Notes: a model not told the origin generated them from the sequence alone. 64,000 nt of DNA from Tubiluchus corallicola (GCA_030141605.1 JAQGDQ010000140.1:186001-250000); one strand, 5' to 3'; shown: positions 40,926 to 54,867, numbered from the stretch's first letter. Numbers and translations: made by a program.

Positions 40926-41018
40926 CTTAAAGAATTTGACGTCAGCGACCTTGGCTTCCTAGGTGCTCTCTTGCGTCGGCGGCCTAATGTCAAGGCTGGA
41001 AATTTCCTCTTGTGAAAC
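40926..41018 (-). CDS. shared exon 2 of the multi-cassette zinc-finger gene (basic, NLS-like)
   Basis: ttgttag|...AG|gtacaa; 93 nt, phase 2-2, FHKRKFPALTLGRRRKRAPRKPRSLTSNSL; open frame connects exon 1 to all three cassettes. Confidence 0.75.
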
Positions 41019-42596
41019 CTAACAAGATAAATAAAATTATAATAAATATTTATGTAGGATTTTTAAGTTAACATATTCACACATATCTTTCAAAGCTATT
41101 TTCAGATATACTAAAAAGATAGGCCAGCAACAAAAAAAGTTTTGCTTTTGTCTTACCTCATATGTTCAAAAAAGGAAATTTTTTTTAAAGCTTTGTAAAC
41201 GTTTAAGCTTGAATAGTGAAATATTTAAAATGAATAGTTGAAATATTTCCCACTAGCAGTAATGTTTTAAATTTTTCCAGCAGTAATGTTTTAAATTTTT
41301 CCAATGCACAATTTTTCACCACTTCTTTTTTAGTTTTACATACTAAAATATCGCATGATTATCAATTATTGTATAGTCTATTTTTTGCATCATAAAAGTA
41401 TATGTTCCGATAATTATGATATAAGCGGCAACACTACTCAGCCATTAATACACCAATTTGGCAGAAAATTTGATGCTTTCAACCTCCAATAAAATGAGCA
41501 TCATACAAGATGGCAACCCTGGCCATCTCTAAACTCTACTGGCTTTGTTTGTTCCACTCATTAATAATTCCTTATAGCTTAAAAAAATTAACTGCGACAC
41601 AGACAGTGTATGAAACAAAGCACCAGGTTATGCATTTGTGGGATACGTTTGTTTTCAACAGGTGCAGTGTGTATTTATACAAAGATATTTGATACTTTGT
41701 TATATATATATGACGTCTCTGGGAATGGTTAAATGGTTAACCGACCACAATTGAAAAAGTTTAAACAGTCTCAGCCCTAATAAAAACGTTTAATGCCTTT
41801 AACAGTCTCACAATGATTATTCATTTATTTCAGGAGCTGAATTATAATAAGCCTTAATTTTTAGGTAATATAATTATTTTTCTTCACGTGACATTTCAAC
41901 CTGTTCAGATCATAATTAAAACTCATGCATCTGTAAGAAATTACAGTTTGTACTCCATTTAAATTTCACTTCCTTTAAATTTTATTAAAGAACGTTTTTC
42001 TGTTTATAATTATTTTAACCTGTAATTATAAATTCATTATCTAGATAATGATCCAATACTGCTAGGCAATAGAATCGAAATATCAAAGATAAAAAAAATA
42101 TTTTCTTGTTATAATATTTATTAAACTTTGCACACCAAGTACTGCATGACATAAGTACTTACATAATGCACAAAATTTGGCAGTAAGTCATAAACTTAGA
42201 GCCTACAGTATGCCAACTGCAGCTACCATAAGCTCATTAAAATTATTTTGCATTTAGTCAGATATATTGCAGGATTGTGTAGTCAAAAATGTCAACATTT
42301 TATTGCTTAAAGTGAAAAAGAGTTCAGAATTTGCATCACATTTTATGTAACTTCTTGCAAATTTCCACAGGGTTCTCTGCAGAAACTTCCCGTTTGTGAT
42401 CGCGCACGGAAAAACATGGCGCATCTACTAAAATTTTTCCAATATTTTTGGCACGAGTTTCAGTTGAATGCAATTAGCTCGCGAACTGTTTTCTATACAG
42501 CTACATGCAACGAAACTACAGCAAACACAAATTTGTTCAACATTACCCTCATTTTCAAATAACCGATATTTTAAACACTTATTTCGTCATACTTAC

Positions 42597-42808
42597 TCGT
42601 CAAGAAGAACCTGTGCAGTCTCTTCGTCGGATTTAACGCCTAATCTTTGCTTAACCAACTGCCAGCGATGAAATTCCTTTCCCAGCGATTCTCTAAATCC
42701 TTTTGACTTGATAAAGTTGCGTTTCAATTGATCCAAACGTCGTTTCGACGGAAAATGTCTGTATCTTCGAATAATAGAAAAACCTCCTTTCTTCTTGATG
42801 CCAGCCAT
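42597..42808 (-). CDS. shared exon 1 of the multi-cassette zinc-finger gene; ZNF692/ZNF653-like N-terminal module
   Basis: AAAATGGCT start context; ...RESLGKEFHRWQLVKQRLGVKSDEETAQVLLD|gtaagt; 212 nt, phase 2. Confidence 0.82.
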
Positions 42809-43549
42809 TTTGACGGTTGACGTTCAAGATTCCGGTTAGAAATCTCACAGTAGGAACGCACCGCCAAAATGTCATCGAAGCAAACTGCAGCTATTATCTT
42901 ACAAGTATTTGTAGAATTAGTTATATTCACCGCCAAATAAAAACCAGTAAAAGCTACGTCCGCGCCCTTTTCGTATTTAATAAAATCAAACTACTTACAA
43001 CACTAAAACAAATTTTAATACTCCGAGTAAACGCCAGAAATTAGTAAAGTACGACAGTTCACTTCCAATGGCGCTCCGTATTTTTGTTGAGAGGATACGC
43101 CCTAATCACTCAATCAATGCAGAGCTTTGATCTCAAACTGCCTTCTCCAGTCTGCACCGGAGAGTGACGGAGTACACCATAAGCTTTGAACGTACGAGTA
43201 CAGATTCAGCCAACCTACAATGCCAGCAATCTGTCAAGACATGATTTTAAAGTTGTAAAAAGGAAAATTAATGTTGATGGTCAGATTCTAAAAAAGTTGC
43301 AGCATAGTAAGGAAGCAAAGTGTATAAGATAAAAATTTCGCACTATATTAAAAAGCTCCTAAAATGACAAAATTCACAACAAGTCTTGACATGATACTTA
43401 TAAAGTACAAAAATATATTATTTTTATGATTTTACTACAACTTTGGCAAAATCTTTCGCAAAATCTTCTGTCAGTTGCAGCTTAAAAGTTTATTAAATTT
43501 ACACATTTAAATAAAATATGTTGCACGTGCATTTGCACATCATAGCAAA

Positions 43550-44645
43550 GGCAACCAGCTAGCCAGTCAATCAATCAACTAACTAGCAAAACAACCGAAA
43601 GATCTCCCAACCAACTCACCAACAATTAAACCAATCAATCATCTACTAACCAACCAACCACCTGCCAACCAAAAAACAACAAGCTAACCAATCACGAACT
43701 AACTAACCAACAATCAGTCAATCAGCCAACCAAGTGCTCATCCATCAACCAACAAAAACTAATCGACCAATCGTTATTCTATGCAAACAACCAACGAAAA
43801 AACAGTCAGTCAAACAGTCAAGCAAGCAGCCAAACAAAAACCGGCCGACCAACTCATGGGCGCCGCCAGAGTTAAAAAAATGTCACATACAAGCAGCTAG
43901 GAGCTGTGGGAGCGCTATTAGCCCCTCCAGCGTGGTTCAACGCATTTGCCTGTATTTAAGAAAATTTTGGAGGCCTTGAATGAGATTTAAAATCTGGTAC
44001 ATAGACATCCTCAAATGTGGACAATTCTGCTTTAATAAATATATTTTACCTACATTTACCTCGGTAATATTCATTGTATTTTATTTTAGTAGTCATATAT
44101 CTGAAAAGCGCAAGTTCGTAATACACTGCTTCGGATGACCACTTAAGCTTAATTTGTTTAGTGCCAAGATTATCTACACAGCAAAATGTGGATAGGCAAA
44201 CATAAAGCTGATTTGAGACTGCTAAGTTTACAGCCAACCCACTGGTTCATACAAAATTTAATAAGTTTGCGTGCGTGCTAATTTTTCCCACCGGACACAG
44301 CTAAACGGCAGAACATCTCGGCCACACATGCATTTAACTGCATTTTAGACCATTTTGCGGTTGCTAGAAGCTATTTCCTCAGGCAAGTTCACTAGTTTAA
44401 AACTCATTATTGCGCAAACAAACAAAGGTTAGTGTGTTTCTTGGTTTACTGCTAAAAAATTTTATTTAAGCATAAAAAAATTAATTTAAGAAATTCTGTG
44501 GAAGCACTTGCGGTAGTGCGTCCGCCTGCCGACGCCCGTGGTCACCAACTGACTGACCGACTAGCCACCAACAAACAACGAACCAATCAGCCAATAAACC
44601 AGTCAACCAAGTGAACCAACCGACCAATTGTCCTGTGTCCACCCA
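43550..44645 (+). repeat. degenerate (CAAC/CAAT/CCAA)n low-complexity tract split by an insertion
   Basis: Tetranucleotide-like repeats at 43550-43854 and 44541-44645. Confidence 0.7.
43855..44540. mobile_element. non-autonomous TIR element with GC-rich ends
   Basis: CATGGGCGCCGCCA ... TGCCGACGCCCGTG imperfect TIRs; ACCAACT present in both flanks. Confidence 0.6.
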
Positions 44646-44867
44646 CAAATAACCATAATAACGAAGTAATAAACAAATAAAAAAATGTAAACATAAAGTA
44701 TTATAATAATAATCATCGCGTCTGTTCAAAAGAAGTAAACTTGCATAGGTTGAATTATAAAATGCAACTAAAAGAGAGGAAAAGGAAAAATGAATGACGA
44801 TGGAATAGAGAAATAAATTTAGATTTATTTATTCATCCTTTTAATCCTACAACTATATAATTATATA

Positions 44868-44871
<4 letters not shown>

Positions 44872-44950
<79 letters not shown>
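44872..44950. repeat. (TG)n microsatellite
   Basis: About 39 perfect TG units. Confidence 0.98.
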
Positions 44951-44954
<4 letters not shown>

Positions 44955-45897
44955 TGAAAAATGATAAAAATGAAAATCAGAGATTAGCGCTTAGCGAGAA
45001 AACCTTAAGATAAGAAAATCCTCCATTACCTTACTATAAATGTATAAGATATGTTTAGTAGTCTTTATTACGCTCCTTTGAGCATTTTACTGAAAGAACC
45101 ATTAAATAATATTTTTATTAAGGTGACATAATTTCCGTATTACGTATCTAGGTTACGACCTATCAAATACGTTTAAAGATTTTTATAATTTATTTTAAAA
45201 ATCTAATTCATTGAAATTTTACGCTATTAGGCCCATATAGAGAGACAAATCCAAATTTATTTTCCCGTGACGCTAATGAAATGTATGGCAGCAGAAAATT
45301 TTTTTTAATATTTACGATGACGTAAAACCCTAAGGCGTCAGAATCACAGAAAGTTTTTCCTACTTTCCTCATAATATTTTAATTATTAGCACTGAGAGAT
45401 TTTTACTTAGCAACTTTTACGACAGCAAAAACGCATATGACATCAATAACCGTATTTGGGACACATCGTACTTCATTGGCTGACAACCTGTCACGTGATC
45501 ACTCATTCACAACTCTAGTTAGTGGTGCTCAGTGCTCACGCCACGGCACTAGACGGATAGGAAGCGCAGTATGGAGTGTGTGTAAGGTGCAGCCACGAGT
45601 TTACCTAACTTGCTTTTGATTTGAGACGTTCATTCTGAGTTTGGACTTTGCTATCGTACATTGTAATGACAAGCCACTGCTATGCATCGTTACTGCTAAA
45701 GCTACTAATTATTTTTATGTAGAAGGTTTCAAAGCTGAGCAAAACCGTGTGTTTTCTCCGGGAAATTTTTTTGCAATGTTCAAGGGTTTACGTGAGCAAA
45801 CTATTCAATTTTTGACATTTGGTCGAGATTGATGTTTCTGATACTAGACTCGTGGGTAGTCTAGGAGAGAACGTTTAAGAGCAGCGGAATAAGACAA

Positions 45898-46279
45898 ATG
45901 CCCGAACGAGTGGCTAGTCGCATAATGTCGGTTAGTGCAGAATGGTTACATGAACGGGTCATGAAGCATCGTGATGCGGAAATGCTGGTGGTGGACCTTC
46001 GGTGCCAAAAAGAGTTTTTGGAAGCTCACTTATCCGGCTCCATCAATATGGTTTTGCCCAGTTCAAGTTTAATGCTACGTCGCTTGGCGAAAGGTGCACT
46101 ACCGTTGTCATCATGCATACCATCAAACAAAAGTAGAAGGAAATGGGAGAATACAGTTAAGAAGAAACGACTGGTCGTTTTAATAGACAGCAATGACAGT
46201 CTTCCTTCAGCCGCTATCGACACAGTGCAGAATCGATTGTCACAAGACAACATTTCATGTACATCTGTCTATTTGTCAG
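45898..46279 (+). CDS. DUSP6: dual-specificity MAP kinase phosphatase (DUSP6/7/9, MKP-3 type), exon 1: rhodanese/CH2 domain with KIM
   Basis: LVVDLR..EF..AHLSGSIN, MLRRLAKG kinase-interaction motif; donor tcaG|gtaata; 382 nt, phase 1; DUSP6 vs DUSP7 vs DUSP9 cannot be resolved. Confidence 0.92.
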
Positions 46280-46491
46280 GTAATAGCAATTTATTATTTT
46301 TTAATTTTTCAGTGTGATTGTATTATTTTAAAAGCTAATATTATATTACAATTAAAATCTATCTTATAATTGCTAACTGTTTGATTACCTAAAGGGCTAA
46401 TGTGAAAACGTCATATGGTGAGCACAATAACTATGTGATCGGGCTACATAAGCCTATAATTAAACTTCAAGTTTCTTTTTAACTATTTCAG

Positions 46492-46923
46492 ATGGTTTTT
46501 CAAATTTCTTTGCCAAGTTCCCATCGCTTTGTTCTATGCCAGACCTTCGCTCATGTTCGGAAGAGGAAGTAAACGCAGATGAGGATGATGACTGTCAGGA
46601 GGACTCTACCATCTCTCCGATCATTGGCTTACAAAACTTGCGTATAGAACATAAGTCGCCAAATCCAGACGAGGATGAAACTCCGGACAGTTCGTGCGAG
46701 TTTCCTGTAGAGATACTTCCGTACCTGTATCTTGGGAATGCTAAGAATTCTCGTGATTTAGATACATTGAACAAACACAATATAAAGTACATACTCAACG
46801 TTACGCCAAACTTACCCAATGTATTTGAAGGGAACGGTTTAGTAAAGTACATGCAGATTCCGATCAATGACCATTGGTCACAGAATCTTTACGGATTCTT
46901 CCCAGAAGCTATCGAGTTTATTG
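46492..46923 (+). CDS. DUSP6: DUSP6/7/9-like exon 2: end of rhodanese domain and first half of the phosphatase domain
   Basis: tttcag|(D)[10 protein letters not shown]...[12 protein letters not shown]...[11 protein letters not shown]...[21 protein letters not shown]|gtgagt; the exon with VHCxAGxSRS was not found in the window. Confidence 0.94.
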
Positions 46924-49900
46924 GTGAGTAAATGAGATTTCAGTAATTTCGTTATTTGTTGATTTTGATTGTGATTATGTTTATTATAATATTTTTGTCT
47001 ATTCTAATATGTATAAATATTAAGTGCATTTGTGCGAGTAGTAACTAAAAGAATGACTGTCTGCTTCACCTGAGTCGCAGGGGTAGTAATATTGGCGAGC
47101 CCATGGTGCAGTTTTCGTAGGACGTGGCCGAGAAAGAGGAGTGCAGGATTGAAAAAGAAACGCCGAAGTTATGGTGTTAAAATGTTCTTTTTTCTTTTTT
47201 TGTTTAAATTACTCAGTTAGAACAATAAAGTTTTGTAAAATTAAGACCAACAACTTAGAAGTATGTAATCTCAGCAGACAGTAAAATGAGCCAAACTACA
47301 GACCCAAGTCAGGCATTCATAGCACCACTATGAAATCTTTACCTGTTATCAGGTTTTATGCCTATTGATAAATGTGGACTATGATAAATGATTTTTAGTT
47401 AGTGGTTATTGCCCTAATTTTGCATTATCTAGAATTTACTGTAAGAATAAATTGGGCAGCTTCAATTGGCAAATGTATTCGGCGTAAAAAACTAGTTTTG
47501 GACCCAAGCAGAATTTACACTCGATGTGGCTGTATGATGCAATCTGGTTCTTGCTGCCAGTGTGAACTATGAAACTATGAAAAGCTTATATAGAAATCAT
47601 GATTTATACTTGCTGGATAGACGTCAGTTAAGCGAATACTGTATAGTCATCTTAGAACACAGAAAAATGTTTTCAATATTTTTCAATGCTTAAATTTGGG
47701 TTAAGAATTTTCATTTCAAGGGTTTTACTCACAATCCTGTTAGTACGTGTTCTTAAGTGTAAAGTTAATTAATATACTAAACAATAATACTACTGACTAC
47801 TGAATACCCTTATGGCATTTATAGCCTGAAAATTATATGGTCAGGGAGCTATCTTCTTGCAAGTACATGTTTCTGCTGTCAGGCCATCGGCGATGTTTAA
47901 TCTCTTTTTGCGTAAACAGTCTCCGAGAGCCTCAGTCTAAATTGTAAAGCATAAACCAGTTTTAACTTTGAGAATTGTAAAGTATTACTGGAGGCGGTGG
48001 AGTTGTAGAAACATTTCGGTTGTCTCTACTGTGTCGCGCGAATTGTTAATGAGTTCATTTAAGACGTAGCGGTTTTTGTGGAATTGGTTGATGGCAGTCA
48101 GTCACAATAACATTAACATTACAACTAATTTATATTCAACCCCAACAAAAACCGCCGAGGAAACTATAGCAAAAACTTTTTCGCTCGATTACGATTTTTA
48201 TTTTTGCCATCCTTGTAAGGGTATTTATTTATTTTATGTTATTCACACCCAATGGTATAAAACAATGTACATGTTGGCAAAAAGCATACAAATGCAATAT
48301 TTGCAAGAATAGTGTGGTAAAGACACAAAGAGATGAACTAGTTACATATGTCGATCGCTCTTGTTTCGTGTTCTAATGAGAAAAGTCAGTTGGTTAACAA
48401 AAGTTAATAGTGTGGCGAGCGAGCGCTTACTGCTGTATTTTTATAAATTTACATCCCATTGGTTTGCGTTTCTTATGACCTACCCAAACTATCCTAATTA
48501 AACGCCTGTCGTACTTATTTCTCTGTCTAACTAGTGTATAACTTTGGGCTTTACTCTGGAGGTTCAGGTCAATTTTTGAATTTGTGTACGTGTGATTGTA
48601 TAGTATATTTTGAGTACTTTGTTGAATACTCCTAGATTTTGTAACTTTTGTTAGTCTGTTATCATTGAACTTTGTATTTGTCTTAAGACAAAATGTAACG
48701 TCATAATATGGTGCAATATATTCACCTATATATAATATATAGTGTTTATGCCCGTGATTTAAAGTCCTTATCATGGTCACAGGCAAAAGCATAGCTACTG
48801 TAGCTCACAGTATCTTGCGTGCCATCTTTTGCAATGGCGAGTCTTGCTGACCTAAATAAATCATGTAAACTTACGAGTGCTGATGCGTGGGTGCAGAGGC
48901 GTTTTACGAGTGACACTAACCAGTACAATTTAGTGAATTTACGCCAACGCAAAGTTATTATAACTTGAGTTACGGACCAATAATGCGTAGGGGTGGTGGA
49001 AATATAGAGGCGTGCAGACTTTTATTTGACACAATGAGAATAATTGCAGTAGCCTATAGATATGAAACAATAGCACCAGTAAAAAGAAAACTGAAAAACC
49101 AAAAATCGAAACAGAGGAATCGTAAAAAAATCGTAGCATTTCGGGCCAGTAGCCTCTTACTGTCTTTCATATTATTATTATTTTATTTCGTACCGAATCA
49201 ACAGTCATAATACACACACAAAATATAACAAGGGAGTTAGTATATATAAAACAACATAACAGAAAGAAATTAGTATGCATAAAATAAACAATTTATTAAA
49301 ACGACGAAATGCAGATATTCTTGTAAACATACATTAAAAGCATTAATATTCTTTGCTAGGTATTATGTACATTATAGTCGTTCCTGGTTAGTTGTTAATT
49401 GTCTAGGTATATTGTTTGAAAATCGTTTTATGCAAAATATCACTTAAGTGTATTCACCACCAGGCGTATTTATTTTGATATGGTTTGGAATCTCTCTTGA
49501 TACAGTATTGAGCTTTGAGTGCACGTTTCATGCAAGTACGACTAGCTTTTGTTTTGGTTTCAGGTTGGTTTGCTTCACATCTGCATGTGTGAGGCTGTAA
49601 GCATAACCAAATCTTACCACAAGTCACAAAGTGACTTTACCGTGGAGATGGGGGAGGGGGGGGGTAGAGACATCGTATGCGCTGTAAATAACTCTAAATG
49701 TGCAACGCATTATTTACTCGTATGTCCTCTGCGCTGTGTGTAGGGAGCGTCCAATTCATCATTTTACTATGAATTATCTGACAAATCAATTTCCTCTCGA
49801 CTCATTTCGTCTTGCCACTGGAGATTCCATTTGTGTTCTGGTTCACGGTAGTCCAATATTAAACAATGCCCAAAACAGTTATTTTATCATGTCCACAGTT

Positions 49901-51442
49901 TCATTTTTAATAGCGACAGATTTTCTTCTCAAAAATAGTACATTTTTTTTCACAACATGCTACCATCGCTTGTCTACATTAGCTGACTGATGATTTGTTT
50001 AGTATTTTCTGCAGTCTAGTTATGGAATGTTGCCTGAGGATTTTTTCAGTCAGTTGTAACCTGTAACCACAGTCTTGAAAAATAAAAAGACGTTTAGAAA
50101 AAATATGCAGTGGTCACTGTGTGGGTGTTAACGAAACTTCAAGGAGACAAGAGGTGTGTTTACGGCTGTAGAGATGTCAAAAAATCGCAAATATAATGTA
50201 TTGAGACTTCTGTGTAAGCTATTTTTTGTTTATATCATAATTGGATACCATAATTATTTAATTATACATACATGGCAGTATTATTGTATGTAATGTACCA
50301 ACGCTAGGGGTTGGTTTTTGTTTATTGGCAAAATAGATAAATTAAAATTAACTGAACAGCTTGCAGTTTTGGACTGAACATCGTTAACACGCATTTACAG
50401 TTTTCACGATTTTTATCTACATAAGTTTTATATTTGCAATAATAAGTAAGTGACCAGAATTGGCTATTTACAATACAATATTTACCAATCAATCATTACC
50501 TACGGTGCTACTGTGGTGTAAATAATTGTGGTCTCGGCTGTGAAGTTAAGCAGTGTTAAACTTGATTAGAAACAGAAATGGATGGTGAGCTTCGGAAAAA
50601 ACTACTTCACAGATCTGCGCTTGTCGAGGAAATGTACGTTTGCACTAGTCGGGAAGTCACAAGTAAAGAAGTCACAGGAAAAAAGAAACATTACTAACCC
50701 TAAGTAACCCTAACTCTAAATATTGAACAAAACGTGAATTTTTTCACATACATGTAATGTCGTCATATATATATAGTGTTGTCAATATGTACAAGTCATG
50801 TGTTGCCAGTTAGTAACTGATTTAGTATTTATCTTTTTGGTTTAATTGTTTAAGGTACTTGAATAAATTGTTTGCTATTGTGACAATACATTACATACGT
50901 CTTATCTGCAGTATTTACAGCACTATAAACTTACAGCAAAAACATTCAAACGCCATGCTAGCGTTTCCTGCCCGAAATTTGGGAGGTGGGTTGTAAAGCG
51001 GTTCACGGAAGAGCAGTAACAGCTGACAGGATGCGGCTCCTTCATCAGTACTTTCCAGCTGGTGGCAATCTGTCTTCTCCCACATCAACCACAGGTCACG
51101 TGACCCGGCTGCAGTAAAGTCTGTAAACATCCATGTGGCGCGATTTCTCCTTGGCACTTTAATTCAACTATATTTGTAGTAAAGAATTAACATCTTCCCT
51201 TTTTCTTCCATAAATTAATTCAATAATGAATTAATTGCATATCTTAAATCATCACTAATATATATGTGGCGTAAGTTATGTTCTGGTATTTCCTGAACGC
51301 AATGAATTACTTGGATACACAAATGAAGAAATAGCGCCTATTTAAACGAAATAATAATTTATTGCGCACTGTGCAGACTGTACAGTAACTAAGTGTATGG
51401 TACAGGCTACAATTATTAGTAGTAGACAGGCAACGGTAAGAC

Positions 51443-51550
51443 ACCGGGTGGCGTAGTTCAACGACAGCGTGCTCACTTCCCGCCCGGGAGGTCAACTCCT
51501 GACCGAGTCATACAGAGACGTAAAAATGTATCCAAGTAACGTGCTGGTAA
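51443..51550 (+). mobile_element. degenerate tRNA-derived SINE
   Basis: GGTGGCGTAGT (A-box-like), GGTCAACTCC (B-box-like), followed by GACCGAGTCATAC..AGACGTAAAAATG, reminiscent of the MetaSINE central domain. Confidence 0.55.
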
Positions 51551-52244
51551 TAATAATCGGGACCTTTTTGGAAGTAAGTACTGATTTGCTAGGGAATTTG
51601 ACCTAAAGGAATTTTTTTATTTGTGATTTGTTATTATACGAAGGTGCACCAGCAAAATTGTAGTTCTTTTAGTTTATAGTTGAAAAGGTAACTAGAAAAA
51701 TACTTTGTTCAAGAAATTCTATTTATCGTTCTCATTTATATTATCAAAAATGTTCTTAGAATTGTTAATCCTTGAAATACGTTTTTGTTATTATACCGTG
51801 TTTATTTAAAAAAATCGCAGTTAATTTTGAACAATTTTATTTTTCCCGTTCATGTTCCTTAATAGTAGTGTACCTTGATTTCTTATAATAGTTATCTTGG
51901 CATAATGAAGGCAGTTTTATCAAGCAGGAGTTCACGCTTGGGCTTGGCTGTGCGTATTAGCCTAGGTTAAATACACATCTTTGAGTGTTTGCTTAGAGGC
52001 TTATGAGGCGGATACTGCAATAGATCCCCCCAAGGACTTTTCAAGAACAAATTCATTCATGAACGGCCATGGGGAGGACTCAGAACCCTACCCAAGTAGC
52101 ACACTCCACCTTCAGGCTCCCTCCCTCACTTCTGATGTTCTCAGTGCGTTTTTGATCGCGCAAAATGTAACCTCGTTACTCATTTTTTAAATTAGTGTTT
52201 CGTATGTTTCTAGAATGTAATGTATCATTTATTCCTGTTTGTTT

Positions 52245-52426
52245 GGTGACCGGTATTAAAGTCACTCGGAAAAGAGTCACGGAAAAGTCGCAATTTTGTT
52301 TGATTTTGGCTAGGGTTAGGGTTATTTCTTTTTTTCCTGTGCCTTTTTTCCGTCACTTTTTCCTGTGACTTTTTCCCGTGACTTTTTCTGTGCCCTTTTC
52401 ACCTGTGATTTTTTTACCAAGATTCG
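52245..52426 (+). mobile_element. MITE with AAAAGTCAC subterminal repeats and a TTAGGG-like core
   Basis: Inverted relative at 54868-55050 and a fragment at 50651-50720. Confidence 0.7.
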
Positions 52427-52750
52427 TTTGTTTGTCTGTTAATACGATTCGTTATTACTTTGAATTGTTGCTGAGGAGACGAAAGACAGGAGGCATAATG
52501 GCGTACACGAAATGAACAATTATATTAAATTTAATGCTTTTTGATTTTGCTTTAAGATGGCGTTTAATGATATTTGCATTCATTACTGCTTATCATAAAA
52601 AATTGTGAGTAACAAGATGCTCTGGAACTAAGACCAGACTTGTGCTTGATTTACTTATATTGATGGGTGTTCTGCAGAGAGGGATTCTCAACTTCTTCAT
52701 TTTTCTATTTACTACTTTTTAATTCGACAGTTTATCGAAAAGCACGTCTG

Positions 52751-52797
<47 letters not shown>
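52751..52797. repeat. (CA)n(TA)n microsatellite
   Basis: Direct reading. Confidence 0.95.
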
Positions 52798-52799
<2 letters not shown>

Positions 52800-53758
52800 C
52801 TTGCTGAATATGAAGGATTTTGGGGAAATATTTTTAATGACTTATTTGCATTATTAAAAAACTGTATGCTTGATGTAAAATGTCGCCTTACTTTAAAAAT
52901 AAGTAAACTTATTTATTTGTTGACCGATCAGCTCAACTTACGAACCAACTGTCAGTTATCTGGCTATAATGGAAATGCATTATTTCTAGACAATTAATAT
53001 ATGAGACTGAGTACCATAACTAACATTTATAAATGCCTTGCAATGTATATGGTACGCTTACACTATGTAGGCTTGAAAATAGACGAATTATCGAGGTGAA
53101 TTTATTTACCTATTTCAGAATCTAGTCCGGAAGTGATGGCCTAGAAGAACATAAGATTACATTGTTTGACCATGTAAATACTATGCTATTATGGTCTATC
53201 GATATACAAAAACAGTATAATTCTAGATAAATATTACATTATATGCGCATATAAATGTACATCGCGAGCTGTTTCTAGTCTGTCCTTGCAACGTCAAAAG
53301 TCTATGCACCCAGTCCAGGTTTAGTTCTATAGTTAAATTTACACAGCTATAGACATGGTGGCTATCCCATCTGCATGGTATGTTGACTAACTTGACTTAC
53401 TTGCGGGCATCGGGCTTGCGGATGTGTAGATAACATTAATTACGTCATTGTTTGATTTGCGCAGTCTTTTGCGTAATGTTTTTGTCACGTTATTAACTTG
53501 TCTGGCTGCGCAAATTATATTATTCTTATGAAATTCCTCGCTTGCAATTTACTTCGATGTCTCTACGGTAGTCGGTCATGCGTAAGCCACGCACGTTATC
53601 CTGCAAGTCAGGACGTCGTGGGCGTTCCGTTCTAAAATGATTATGTTGATTACGTTTTGGTTTGCTTATGATTGTGATTATCTAATCTCAGCAAGTTTTC
53701 GTCGGGTTACTCGGTATTGTTTACAAAATTCAGATAGTGAGGTCTAGTAGCGAGGAAT

Positions 53759-54861
53759 TCAGAAACTGATGATCGGAGAAATGTCTGTCAGAAACTGATG
53801 ATCGGAGAAATGTCTGTCCGAAATTGATGATCGGAGAAATGTCTGTCAGAAATTGATGATCGGAGAAATGTCTGTCAGAAATTGATGATCGGAGAAATGT
53901 CTGTCAGAAACTGATGATCTGAGAAATATCTGTCAGAAACTGATGATCTGAGAAATGTCTGTCAGAAACTGATGATCGGAGAAATGTCTGTTAGAAAGTG
54001 ATGATCGGAGAAATGTCTGTCAGAAATTTATGATCGGAGAAATGTCTGTCAGAAACTGATGATCGGAGAAATGTCTGTTAGAAACTGATGATCGGAGAAA
54101 TGTCTGTTAGAAATTGATGATCGGAGAAATGTCTGTCAGAAATTGATGATCGGAGAAATGTCTGTCAGAAACTGATGATCGGAGAAATGTCTGTTAGAAA
54201 CTGATGATCGGAGAAATGTCTGTTAGAAATTGATGATCGGAGAAATGTCTGTCAGAAATTGATGATCGGAGAAATGTCTGTCAGAAATTTATGATCGGAG
54301 AAATGTCTGTCAGAAACTGATGATCGGAGAAATGTCTGTCAGAAACTGATGATCTGAGAAATATCTGTCAGAAACTGATGATCGGAGAAATGTCTGTCAG
54401 AAACTGATGATCGGAGAAATGTCTGTCAGAAGCTGATGATCGGAGAAATGTCTGTCAGAAGCTGATGATCGGAGAAATGTCTGTCAGAAATTGATGATCG
54501 GAGAAATGTCTGTCAGAAGCTGATGATCGGAGAAATGTCTGTCAGAAACTGATGATCGGAGAAATGTCTGTCAGAAACTGATGATCGGAGAAATGTCTGT
54601 TAGAAACTGATGATCGGAGAAATGTCTGTCAGAAATTGATGATCGGAGAAATGTCTGTCAGAAACTGATGATCGGAGAAATGTCTGTTAGAAACTGATGA
54701 TCGGAGAAATGTCTGTTAGAAACTGATGATCGGAGAAATGTCTGTCAGAAACTGATGATCGGAGAAATGTCTGTCAGAAATTTATGATCGGAGAAATGTC
54801 TGTCAGAAACTGATGATCGGAGAAATGTCTGTCAGAAACTGATGATCGGAGAAATGTCTGT
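53759..54861 (+). repeat. 29-bp minisatellite, about 38 near-identical copies (TCAGAAACTGATGATCGGAGAAATGTCTG)
   Basis: Head-to-tail units without spacers; few variable positions. Confidence 0.97.
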
Positions 54862-54867
54862 TCTCTA

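Noticed and set aside
52310-52324. TTAGGG-like repeats as an interstitial telomere
   Set aside because: Only about two units, and they are part of a dispersed MITE family seen three times in the window
53759-54861. CRISPR-like array or C/D-box snoRNA cluster (units contain TGATGA and CTGA)
   Set aside because: Units are contiguous with no unique spacers, there are no cas genes, the context is eukaryotic, and the 29-bp period is too short for a snoRNA
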